From contig JAICKN010000001.1 in the NCBI GenBank assembly GCA_025927855.1, positions 1-46,864 on the forward strand: a DNA stretch of 46,864 nt. The letters run 5' to 3'. The notes under the pieces were generated by a model, which was not told where the DNA came from, made no database searches, and was given only the letters and a program-made list of their open reading frames with translations. Shown here piece by piece: positions 1-8,372 of this stretch. A program made the position numbers and the translations under genes. Each line of letters starts with the position of its first letter. Within the stretch, counting starts at the first letter, position 1. Source of the stretch: Terriglobales bacterium. Its GTDB lineage: Bacteria > Acidobacteriota > Terriglobia > Terriglobales > Acidobacteriaceae.

Positions 1-69
1 ACCAGCGAAGAGCTGCGCAAATGGCTCGAAGGCCTGAACGATGAAGACCTGGGCCGTTACAAGATGTAG
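1..69 (+). CDS. 3' end of an unidentified CDS (last 22 codons: TSEELRKWLEGLNDEDLGRYKM*)
   Basis: Frame 1 is open from the window edge to TAG 67-69. A terminator hairpin follows directly. Too little sequence to name a family. Confidence 0.5.
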   Translation, partial: TSEELRKWLEGLNDEDLGRYKM

Positions 70-85
70 TGTTCACGCGCCTCAA

Positions 86-115
86 AGCAGCGAGTCTCGT
101 TCGCTGCTCATTTTT
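86..115 (+). terminator. Intrinsic terminator-like hairpin between convergent genes
   Basis: Perfect 8-bp stem AGCAGCGA (86-93) / TCGCTGCT (101-108) with a 7-nt loop, followed by CATTTTT (T-run 111-115). Confidence 0.6.
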
Positions 116-1131
116 CAAATCTCTTGCTCCACGCTGGCATGCCGCCGATTTTTTGAAAGCGCCGAAATAAACGCGACAGCGACGATTAGGTACGCCCATA
201 CAAAATAGCGGTCATCGGGAGAAGGGAAGAGCGCGAACCGTAAAAACGCCGCTAGGGCGGCACATGCCAGTAGTGGGCGAAACTCCCTGGCCCATTTCCA
301 GGCGGCGCAACCCAGAATGATCCAAATAGGCATTTGCTGGGCCGGAATAAAAACTGCCTGTTGCCCAATCGCGCGCAGATACTTCGCCAGCGTCAATGGT
401 GGCGTGGCCGGAAACGAGTACACACCGCAAAAGCTGTTCATGAAAAGTGTTTGCCAACCGTAGTTGCCGGAATAGTGATTAATTAAAAACAGGCTCGCCA
501 ACGCAGTTGCCCAAAGCACGCCCAATTCCGCAAGCCGGATTTGATCATCGAGGAACAGCCATCCAATAAGAATAGCAACAAAAATAATGTTGTCCGTCCG
601 CACCCAGATGGAAGCGAGTAAGACGGCAACGCCGGGAAGCAGGCGCCTTTTCCATATCATCAGGCATGCCGTCGCGAGGAATAACGTCGAAGCGCCATCC
701 GGTCCGCGCTGCCGCCCGATCAATACAAAAACCGGGCTGGCCATAATCAATGCGCAATATAGAGGCTTTTTGGTCCACAGAAAGAGCACCGTTCCCACGC
801 CGAAGATGCTGATCGCGGCCACAACGCTCATGGCCCGCTCAATATCCAAGAAGCCGTTTACCGCGCTAACCGCTCCCAGGTAAAGCGGGCGGATAGTAAA
901 CATCGGCTCGATTTCCGCCAGCCCGCTTACATTTTGTAACCGCGGACTGCTCGCCAGTACCGGGTAGGCGTTCAAAATGTAGTGGTAAGCTGTATCCAGA
1001 TTGTGCCTGCGGGCGATGACAATCGCCTCATAAATACGGCGGTCAAAGCCTTCAGCCGGGCGCTTGAAGCAGAATATTGCCATCATGCTGAGAAATAAAA
1101 AATACAGTCCAATCCCAAGCGTCCTATTCAT
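115..1131 (-). CDS. Polytopic integral membrane protein, family not recognised
   Basis: 338-codon ORF with many hydrophobic helices (GIGLYFLFLSMMAIFCF, VVAAISIFGVGTVLFLW, IIFVAILIGWLFL, WAYLIVAVAFISAL). No catalytic motif recognised. Confidence 0.7.
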   Translation of the reverse strand: MNRTLGIGLYFLFLSMMAIFCFKRPAEGFDRRIYEAIVIARRHNLDTAYHYILNAYPVLASSPRLQNVSGLAEIEPMFTIRPLYLGAVSAVNGFLDIERAMSVVAAISIFGVGTVLFLWTKKPLYCALIMASPVFVLIGRQRGPDGASTLFLATACLMIWKRRLLPGVAVLLASIWVRTDNIIFVAILIGWLFLDDQIRLAELGVLWATALASLFLINHYSGNYGWQTLFMNSFCGVYSFPATPPLTLAKYLRAIGQQAVFIPAQQMPIWIILGCAAWKWAREFRPLLACAALAAFLRFALFPSPDDRYFVWAYLIVAVAFISALSKNRRHASVEQEI

Positions 1132-1257
1132 ACACTTTGAGTGTGTAGGGGCGGGGCCTTCAACGCATAGTGCATTGTGAGATTCGGGAGGGAAAATCTT
1201 CCGGCCGCTTGCGAGAAAAAATGCGGATTCTTCGCTCCGAAGATGCAGTTCGAATAA

Positions 1258-2211
1258 TCAACCCGGCCTTTCCATTTCCAGGCAGCCTAGTGTGAATTTG
1301 TATTGGCCGTATGTTCCGTCGAAAAATACCAGCATCACATTCGGATCGGTTTCGCTGTAATGCAACGATGGCTTCCATGGTCCGGAAAACCAACGCCGGT
1401 CTTCGGACGTTAGAATCTGCACAGGCTTGCTCCACTGCGAAATATCGGGCGAGGCTGTTTTGGCTTTGCACCACCATAATCCGGTATTCGCGGGCGGCGG
1501 GCCTTCCCCGAGCCATACCCGGGAAAAAACCGCTTCGAGTTCATCCGCTCGTTTGTTCACGCAGAAGTCAAATACGCGTTCTTCGGCAGGGAACACGATC
1601 TTATGCTTGCTCCAGTTGGAGCGCCCATCGGTGCTTTCAGCATAGCCCTGCACCAAATATCTCTCCTGGTTCGAACCCGCGACATACCAGAGCTTCCACT
1701 TGCCTTCGTCATAAATCAGGTTAGGTTCATAGACGCTGCCATGTTCCCATTCTTCGTTGGCAATGAACGCAGGCGAAGCTTGATCCCTCCACTCCGTTCC
1801 GTCCCATTCGAGGTAGCCAATTGTGTACGGACCCCAAACGTTCTCCGCGCCGCCCGCATAATAGATGCGCTCGACCCATTCGCACCGGCCGGGATCCCAC
1901 CCGCGCACGTATGCAGGGCAATGGCGACCGCCTTTCAGGTCCCATGGCGCGCTGGCCTCCTGCTTGCCGAGCAGCGCAATTTTAGTGGCATCCTGGAGAC
2001 TCGCTGTGACCTCCCATCCCGATATGCTTAGCGGCGTGCCTTCCGGTAAGGATGCGCTGAACAAATCAATGGAGGGTCGGTTGGTGGCTTTTCCAGCCAT
2101 GTACATCCACCACTGATCGCCGCGTTTGGCGAGCGTCGCGTCGGTAATTGCCCAGGCATCCGTAAGCGGCGCAAAACCATCCGCCGGGTCGAAAAGCTTG
2201 GTGATTTTCAT
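1258..2211 (-). CDS. Beta-propeller glycosidase-like protein (GH43/32/130-type fold suspected), function unknown
   Basis: 317-codon ORF with repeated Trp-rich blade-like motifs (DQWWMYMAGK, RIYYAGG, KWKLWYVAGS). The fold call is by eye only. Confidence 0.6.
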   Translation of the reverse strand: MKITKLFDPADGFAPLTDAWAITDATLAKRGDQWWMYMAGKATNRPSIDLFSASLPEGTPLSISGWEVTASLQDATKIALLGKQEASAPWDLKGGRHCPAYVRGWDPGRCEWVERIYYAGGAENVWGPYTIGYLEWDGTEWRDQASPAFIANEEWEHGSVYEPNLIYDEGKWKLWYVAGSNQERYLVQGYAESTDGRSNWSKHKIVFPAEERVFDFCVNKRADELEAVFSRVWLGEGPPPANTGLWWCKAKTASPDISQWSKPVQILTSEDRRWFSGPWKPSLHYSETDPNVMLVFFDGTYGQYKFTLGCLEMERPG

Positions 2212-2305
2212 GAAGGTCAGTTTAGCAAGGAGCTGCGCTGAATTTAGAGCATACGGGCGGCGTGCAACGCGAACGCGATCACTATCTGCGGTTTGGCGGC
2301 CCGGA

Positions 2306-2728
2306 TTATGCCGCTTTGCTGTTGTAGTCCAGCGTGTCTTGTTCTCTCAGTCTTCGTTCGCGCGCTGCGCTCAACTGGCCCAGGGCGAATGCGGCCACCG
2401 CCATATTCACATCACGCACCGCGATATCGTAATCCTCATTCATCATAAGATCGGCAGCGATGGCCAGCAGCCACGCCGAGGCCGCATAGCTGGATAAGCG
2501 ATGCCGCGGACCGAGAATGCCGGCTCCAACCAGCATCTCAATCACACCTACCATGCGCATGAAAGTGCCGCCGCTTACAGGAAGGCGCTTCCGCGTTTTG
2601 GGCGCAATGTATTTTCGCCAATCGGTCAGAAGATTTGTAAATTTGTCAGCGCCTGCCAGGAAGGCCGAGGCCCCCAGGGTCAGGCGCAATGCCCAGAACG
2701 CCCGCTCAACTTTGCTGTTTTCGGCCAT
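2306..2728 (-). CDS. DoxX-like small membrane protein
   Basis: 140-codon ORF with about 4 hydrophobic helices. The N-terminal LRLTLGASAFLAGADKF resembles the DoxX family signature. Confidence 0.55.
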   Translation of the reverse strand: MAENSKVERAFWALRLTLGASAFLAGADKFTNLLTDWRKYIAPKTRKRLPVSGGTFMRMVGVIEMLVGAGILGPRHRLSSYAASAWLLAIAADLMMNEDYDIAVRDVNMAVAAFALGQLSAARERRLREQDTLDYNSKAA

Positions 2729-2966
2729 ACTCGACTCCGCTTCTTTTTGATTCCGCGTCTATGATGCGGCCCGGAGGGGAAGCGTGTTTAGCCGGTTTTA
2801 CCGTGCAGAGGCGATGTGGCCAGAGCAAGACGCTGAGGCAGGAAACCTCAGAGGAAAGCGATAGTAGGATTTAATCGCGACTCAGGGCATGTTTAACATA
2901 ATACCTGTTATCGGACATTGAATATAAACCTTGGCTGTTGGGGTGCTTTGGTGAATCCGTTGTTCT

Positions 2967-3623
2967 TTAGCTTTGAAGATTCTGAATGAGCCTATTCACG
3001 TCAAATTGCTGATTGGCTTTGAGTGTCACGCCGAGCAAGCGGCGCGGGTCCGATTGCCACGCTAATTGATAGGCACCGGGGCCGAAGAGCTGGTCAGCAA
3101 ATTTGCTGATTTCTGGTTCCACGGCTCTTTGGGTCTCAGGACGGTTTGGGGCCAGCAAGCGGTCGTTTACCACAATTTCGGCCTCGTTGCCGCCAAATTT
3201 CAGCTTCCCGGGAATCGCGGTATTTTCTTCCAGGCGCTTTAGGGCGCTAAGCGCTGACCGGGCAGCCTGCTTCAGGCGCTCCTGATTGCTGCTGTTGAGC
3301 GTCTCTTTGCGGGCATAGCGCACTCCCAGCCGCCCATCAGTGTTGTCTACGCTGTAATCGGCCTCATGGCCAATAATCATCACGCCCGGACCCGAAGGAA
3401 CATGGCTATAGTCGGCAACATCAATCAGAAGCTCCGGAAATGGCTGTTCCTGTATCCAGCCGTGAAAAATGGGGATTAGTGGCCCAAGATCAATTCCCTC
3501 TTGCGGTTCCAGCAAAAACTTAACGTTAATATGTTGCAGATCAGTCAAGCGATTTCCTTGTTCTTCAGTATGGAATGCGGCGCCAGGTTTGCGTCCTTCG
3601 GAATGAATCATTATGACTGGCAC
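2967..3623 (-). CDS. Hypothetical protein, apparently co-transcribed with the sulfite/nitrite reductase
   Basis: 218-codon ORF starting 3 nt after the stop of the upstream reductase gene on the same strand. Normal globular composition. No family recognised. Confidence 0.7.
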   Translation of the reverse strand: MPVIMIHSEGRKPGAAFHTEEQGNRLTDLQHINVKFLLEPQEGIDLGPLIPIFHGWIQEQPFPELLIDVADYSHVPSGPGVMIIGHEADYSVDNTDGRLGVRYARKETLNSSNQERLKQAARSALSALKRLEENTAIPGKLKFGGNEAEIVVNDRLLAPNRPETQRAVEPEISKFADQLFGPGAYQLAWQSDPRRLLGVTLKANQQFDVNRLIQNLQS

Positions 3624-3626
3624 ATT

Positions 3627-5912
3627 CTAAACGCTCACCAGGGGTCCTAATTTTGTGCTGCAACTGTGGGCGGCATCAATGAAGAGCTGGGCCTCGTCAA
3701 TCAGGTAACGGCTGCCTTCCTCATTGTAGGGCGCGCCTTCCTTCGATTTGGCATGGGCATCAAACAGGTAATTGGCGAATTTGCCTCCGGCAAATGGATC
3801 CCAGAACTTCTGCGTATCGAAGAACCGCTTACGGAACTCCGCAATGATTTCATCGGGATCGTCAGAAATGTTGAACTTCTCGCTGCGCACCAAAGCCTGC
3901 GCACCCAATAGCATGGCACGGTAGGCCTTTTCCGCTGCGGAACCTACGCCGCCTTTTTCAAAGATAACCTGCGCATCGAACAATTCCCTTTCCGCGGCCG
4001 CAAGCCCAAAATCCACTGGAGAAACAACTTCGCCGGCGCACTCTCCCTGCGCCATATCTCCCAAACCATAGGTGCGCGGATCGCCCCAATCACTGAAATA
4101 TGAGCGGTCCCCGGCGGGCGGTTTGGTCAAATCATCCAGCATGGTCTTCAATTGCACCTTGCCGGTACGCTTCACAAAATCCTTAAAGCTTTCCCCGCTA
4201 TGCCGCTCAGCCACATACCTTTCCGTAAGCCTTGTCACTACCTGCGGAATGTTCTTCGAAGGCACGGCCACGACAGGAAGGCCATAGGAACCAGCATTGT
4301 GCTCCCACTCTCCGCCGAGCACGACCTGGAAATGGGGCACAGCGAATCCGCCGATCTTGCGGCTTACGCCGTAAAAGCCGAGGTCGGAAATGTGATGTTG
4401 CCCGCAACTATTAAAGCAGCCGCTGATCTTAATGTGGAGGTTCTGCACTGCTTCGTCGGAGCTAAAACTGTTCTCGGTAACGCGCTTGCGCAGCTCTGCC
4501 GCCAGCCCGCGAGAAGAGGAAATTCCCAGCTTGCAGGTATCGGTCCCTGGGCAGGAGACGATATCCACCAGCGCTCCAGCGCCGGGGTGATTTAATTCCG
4601 CCGCTTTCAGTGCGCTATACAGCTCCGGCAGATCGCGCTTGCTGACCCAGCGAATGGCAAAGTTCTGTTCCACAGTTGTACGGATGGTTTCTTTCGTGTA
4701 TTTCCGCACAATGTCGGCTAGGGCGCGCAATTGATTCGCAGTCGCATCACCCAGGGGTAAAGTCACAGTGGCCACAACATACCCGGCCTGCGGCTGCGGA
4801 CGTGTATTGGTCTTCAACCACCGCTTGAAGTCTTCGGAAGCAGCGATTCCTGTCTCCAATGAGACCAACTCGGGCAATTCTCCGCCCTGTCGCAAGGGCT
4901 CCTCGCTCCGCTTTAAAGCATCTTCAATGTAGCTTTTCCAGCGCGGATCGTACGGCAGAATTTTGCGCTCTTCCAGAACCAGCTCACGGAATTTTTCAAT
5001 GCCAAGGTCCTGCACCAAAAACTTAAGGCGGGCGCGGCTGCGGTTTTTCTTTTCTCCCAGGCGGGCAAAGACGCGGGATACGGCCTGCGCCAGCGGCAAT
5101 AGCTCTTCGACCGGAATAAAAGAATCGAAAATCTTCGCCGGATACGGGACAGCACCGAGGCCGCCGCCGACCACCATCTCAAAGCCCCGCTCTTCTTTTC
5201 CTGTGGTTTCGTTGATGCGCTTTTTGGCCGTAAGGCCGAGATCGTGCAAGCTGGTCAAGCCACAGGCATGTTGCCAGCAGCCGCTGAAGGCGGGTTTGAA
5301 CTTCCGGCCAAAATTCTGGCAGTCGGGATGGCCCATCATGAAACGTGAGAGCGCCAGCGAGTACGGTGTAACGTCGAATGCTTCATCCTGGCAGGCTCCC
5401 GCATAGGGGCAGGCAGTGACGTTGCGCACAGAATTGCCGCAGGCCTCACGGGTGGTAATTCCGACCGCCGCCAGGCGGCGCATAATCGTGGGTGTGTCGT
5501 CAATTTTTACGTAATGAAGCTGCACATCCTGGCGGGTGGTGATGTGCGCGATGTTGTCGGAATATTCCTCCGCCAGCTCAGCCAAAGTCTCAAGCTGGGC
5601 GGCGTTCAGGCCGCCTCCGGGAATCTTGATGCGCTGCATGCCCGGCGCATCCCACATGGTGTTGGGGCCTTTGGTCAGCTCATCCGACGGATATTTCAGC
5701 TGCTGAGTCTTTATGCCGTCATTGCGCTGCCCGTTATCATAACGTTGGCCGTAGGAGCCGCGGCGAAGACGAGTTTCGGCAAACAGACGCTCGTCAATTT
5801 TGCCCTGCTTACGAAGGGCAATATCGGTATCATAGTCGTCAATCTCGCGGGCCAGATGCTCCGGCATCTTCCCGGCAAGCCGTTCTTTCCAAAATAAGTT
5901 AGAAGCCTTCAT
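3627..5912 (-). CDS. Ferredoxin-type sulfite/nitrite reductase hemoprotein (siroheme/4Fe-4S) with a long C-terminal extension
   Basis: Two NIR_SIR half-repeats. Cluster-ligand cysteines are CPGTDTCKLG ... SGCFNSCGQH, and the first half carries TACPYAGAC. I prefer ATG 5912 (MKASNLFWKE); the ORF-track start at 5927 is a TTG. Confidence 0.88.
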   Translation of the reverse strand: MKASNLFWKERLAGKMPEHLAREIDDYDTDIALRKQGKIDERLFAETRLRRGSYGQRYDNGQRNDGIKTQQLKYPSDELTKGPNTMWDAPGMQRIKIPGGGLNAAQLETLAELAEEYSDNIAHITTRQDVQLHYVKIDDTPTIMRRLAAVGITTREACGNSVRNVTACPYAGACQDEAFDVTPYSLALSRFMMGHPDCQNFGRKFKPAFSGCWQHACGLTSLHDLGLTAKKRINETTGKEERGFEMVVGGGLGAVPYPAKIFDSFIPVEELLPLAQAVSRVFARLGEKKNRSRARLKFLVQDLGIEKFRELVLEERKILPYDPRWKSYIEDALKRSEEPLRQGGELPELVSLETGIAASEDFKRWLKTNTRPQPQAGYVVATVTLPLGDATANQLRALADIVRKYTKETIRTTVEQNFAIRWVSKRDLPELYSALKAAELNHPGAGALVDIVSCPGTDTCKLGISSSRGLAAELRKRVTENSFSSDEAVQNLHIKISGCFNSCGQHHISDLGFYGVSRKIGGFAVPHFQVVLGGEWEHNAGSYGLPVVAVPSKNIPQVVTRLTERYVAERHSGESFKDFVKRTGKVQLKTMLDDLTKPPAGDRSYFSDWGDPRTYGLGDMAQGECAGEVVSPVDFGLAAAERELFDAQVIFEKGGVGSAAEKAYRAMLLGAQALVRSEKFNISDDPDEIIAEFRKRFFDTQKFWDPFAGGKFANYLFDAHAKSKEGAPYNEEGSRYLIDEAQLFIDAAHSCSTKLGPLVSV

Positions 5913-5933
5913 ATAATTTTCGCGCAAAATTAA

Positions 5934-5964
5934 AACCCACCGCCAGGAAGCTCCGGGGTGGGTT
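5934..5964 (-). promoter_or_regulatory. Terminator-like leader hairpin just upstream of the reductase start codon
   Basis: On the minus strand, an 8-bp stem AACCCACC/GGTGGGTT (15-nt loop) is followed by TTTTAATTTT, about 10-20 nt before the TTG/ATG starts. A second nested hairpin lies at 6002-6058. Confidence 0.3.
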
Positions 5965-6196
5965 AGCCAAGTTGCTTAAAATTCAGCTATGACGCTCTTC
6001 CCTCCCAGAAGCCTACACACCCTGACAACAACAGCAGGGACACAGCATCTTCTGGGAGCGGTAAATCATAGGAACCAACAGTATGACGGTTTAGCCGCTG
6101 GATTGCAATGTAAATCTTCTATGTACCACTTACTATTGAATTCAGAGTTGAAAACAACCCCGCTCCACTCTCTTCCATCGAAACACCGGGAATCCA

Positions 6197-7174
6197 TTGG
6201 GGGTGGCTCTGTTGGCACACCCGGGTGCATGGGGCATGAAAGATTGCGGTAGCGCTCGATCCGAAAATATTGGTATTGCTAATAACGGGAACTCGCGCTG
6301 GCTCCCGTCATTCTTCGTGATCGGTCCTCCGCGCACTGGGACGTCGTGGCTGCACGAGGTCTTAAGTACTCGCGTTTACCTGCCGAATCCCACTAAAGAA
6401 ACCCGCTTTTTCGATACCCACTTCTGGCGCGGTCTGGCTTGGTACTACGGCCATTTTCGCGCCAATGACATCCGTCAGGTCGGAGAGGTGGCTCCCACGT
6501 ATTTTTCCTCCGACGAAGCGCGCGAGAGGATTGCCCGGCTCGTGCCGTCAGCCAAGATCGTATGTATTTTCCGCGATCCGGTGGACCGCATCTTTTCCCT
6601 TTACCGCCTCAAGCGGGCGTACGGCATGATTCCCTGGAGCTTCAAAGAGGCCCTGGAGAAAGATGTAGAGCTGATGGAATCTGGAAGATATGCGACTTAC
6701 CTAAAAAAGTGGCTGAAAACATTCGGCAGATCGCAGATTTTGGCCACAGTGTACGATGATTTGCGCGAACAGCCGCAAGCTTACGTGGATAGATTTGCGG
6801 AGTTTACTGGCATTGACCGTTTCCAGCTTGGCGAATCCGAGCTCAAAAAAATCCATTCTTCCGAAATGATGACCCATCCGCGGAACTACCGCCGCACTCG
6901 CAGCGCTACCTTGCTCGCCGATTGGCTGAAAGCGCGGCAACTGGATAGCGTTGTCGCCCTTGCCAGAAAATCTTCCGTTGTTAAATACCTTGTCGGCGGC
7001 GGCCGTCCTTTTGCGCGACCGGCCCCGGAGCTCTCGACATGGCTCTATGAATATTTCCGCCCCGAAGTAGAAGCGCTGGAAGATTTGTTGGGACGCGATT
7101 TTTCCGCCTGGAAGCAGGGCCACGGATTAATAGATTCGAAACCGCTGCATTGTAAGCCCCTCGTCGCATCGTAG
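6197..7174 (+). CDS. PAPS-dependent sulfotransferase family protein
   Basis: 5'-PSB loop FFVIGPPRTGTSWLHEVL and 3'-PB motif IFRDPVDRIFSLY. An in-frame ATG at 6236 is an alternative start. Confidence 0.8.
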   Translation: MGVALLAHPGAWGMKDCGSARSENIGIANNGNSRWLPSFFVIGPPRTGTSWLHEVLSTRVYLPNPTKETRFFDTHFWRGLAWYYGHFRANDIRQVGEVAPTYFSSDEARERIARLVPSAKIVCIFRDPVDRIFSLYRLKRAYGMIPWSFKEALEKDVELMESGRYATYLKKWLKTFGRSQILATVYDDLREQPQAYVDRFAEFTGIDRFQLGESELKKIHSSEMMTHPRNYRRTRSATLLADWLKARQLDSVVALARKSSVVKYLVGGGRPFARPAPELSTWLYEYFRPEVEALEDLLGRDFSAWKQGHGLIDSKPLHCKPLVAS

Positions 7175-7270
7175 ATGGCTGTTTTTTGCCGATGCTTCCC
7201 CTGTGTTTCTGCATTGCAGTCCGAAACACGCGCTTGACTTCCCGCCTCTATCCGCGCAGTATTCAATGCC

Positions 7271-8257
7271 ATGAACTCTGCACGATGGCTTGCCTGTTTT
7301 TGCTTTGGCGTATTCACTTTCTGTTTTATTACCGTCGTTTCACCATTTACCTTTGCACAATCCAATAACAATTCCATGATGATGCGTGAAGAAATTAAAC
7401 GGCCTCCCATTGTAGGCGTAGCGGACATTGGCCTGAAAACAGACAGCCTTGACTCCGCTCGCAAGTTCTATAGCGGAATTCTCGGTTTACAGGAAGCGTT
7501 CAATATCCACAAGCCCGGCAGCAAGGGTCCGCTGCTGGTGGCATTCAAAGTCAACGACCATCAGTACGTGGAAATCTATCCATCGCTCAAGAGCGACAGC
7601 GAAGACCGGCTCGTGCATGTCGCATTTGAGACCACCAATGCGGAACAGTTGCGCAGATATCTGGGTGCGAAGGGAGTAAAAGTTCCGGAGAAACTTGAGC
7701 CACGCCTAGATCATAACCTCGGCTTCTCTGTGACCGATCCGGAAGGCAGGCATATTGAATTTGTGCAATACGTTGCCGGATCGCTGCAGGAAAAGACCTT
7801 TGGCAAATTCATGCCTGCTTCGCGCATTTCCACGCACATGATCCACACCGGCTTCATTGTGAAAAGCAGCGCCGGCGAGGACCGCTTTTATCATGACATT
7901 CTTGGCTTCAAGGAATTCTGGCATGGCGGCATGACCGATACCCGCGTGGACTGGATTGATATGCGGGTTCCTGACGGCAAGGACTGGCTGGAATACATGC
8001 AAAATGTGAAAGACCCGGAGAATCCGCATACACGCGGAGTGCTGAACCATTTGGCCCTGGGAGTGCCGGATGCCAATGCAGCTTACCAGGAGCTGCTAAA
8101 ACGGGGACTGTTACAGTACAACCCAAAGCAAGAGAAACCAAAAATTGGCCGGGACGGAAAATGGCAGCTCAACCTGTACGATCCTAACCTAACCCGGGTC
8201 GAGTTGATGGAGCCGAAGCCGGTAGAAAAGCCGTGCTGCTCGCCCATGCTCGATTAG
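7271..8257 (+). CDS. Secreted two-domain VOC (glyoxalase/bleomycin-resistance/dioxygenase fold) protein
   Basis: Signal peptide MNSARWLACFCFGVFTFCFITVVSPFTFAQ. Two VOC-like modules begin at ADIGLKTDSLDSARKFYSGILGLQE and HTGFIVKSSAGEDRFYHDILGFKE. Confidence 0.7.
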   Translation: MNSARWLACFCFGVFTFCFITVVSPFTFAQSNNNSMMMREEIKRPPIVGVADIGLKTDSLDSARKFYSGILGLQEAFNIHKPGSKGPLLVAFKVNDHQYVEIYPSLKSDSEDRLVHVAFETTNAEQLRRYLGAKGVKVPEKLEPRLDHNLGFSVTDPEGRHIEFVQYVAGSLQEKTFGKFMPASRISTHMIHTGFIVKSSAGEDRFYHDILGFKEFWHGGMTDTRVDWIDMRVPDGKDWLEYMQNVKDPENPHTRGVLNHLALGVPDANAAYQELLKRGLLQYNPKQEKPKIGRDGKWQLNLYDPNLTRVELMEPKPVEKPCCSPMLD

Positions 8258-8372
8258 AAAATCGGAATCGGGATTTCGGGGCCTTAACACACAAGGAACG
8301 CGGGCAGAGAAAATGCTGCCTGTGTTCCTTGTTATTTTGCGGGAAACCGCCCTCTGAAGCGAGCGACTGTTC

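Noticed and set aside
6213-6229. Sigma-54-like sequence TGGCACACCCGGGTGCA upstream of the sulfotransferase. Other TGGCAC sites lie near 35785, 39075 and 40068.
   Set aside because: The GG-to-GC spacing is one nucleotide too long at 6213 and 35785. The -12 GC is absent at 39075 and 40068. The 6213 site also sits inside or immediately at the likely coding start.
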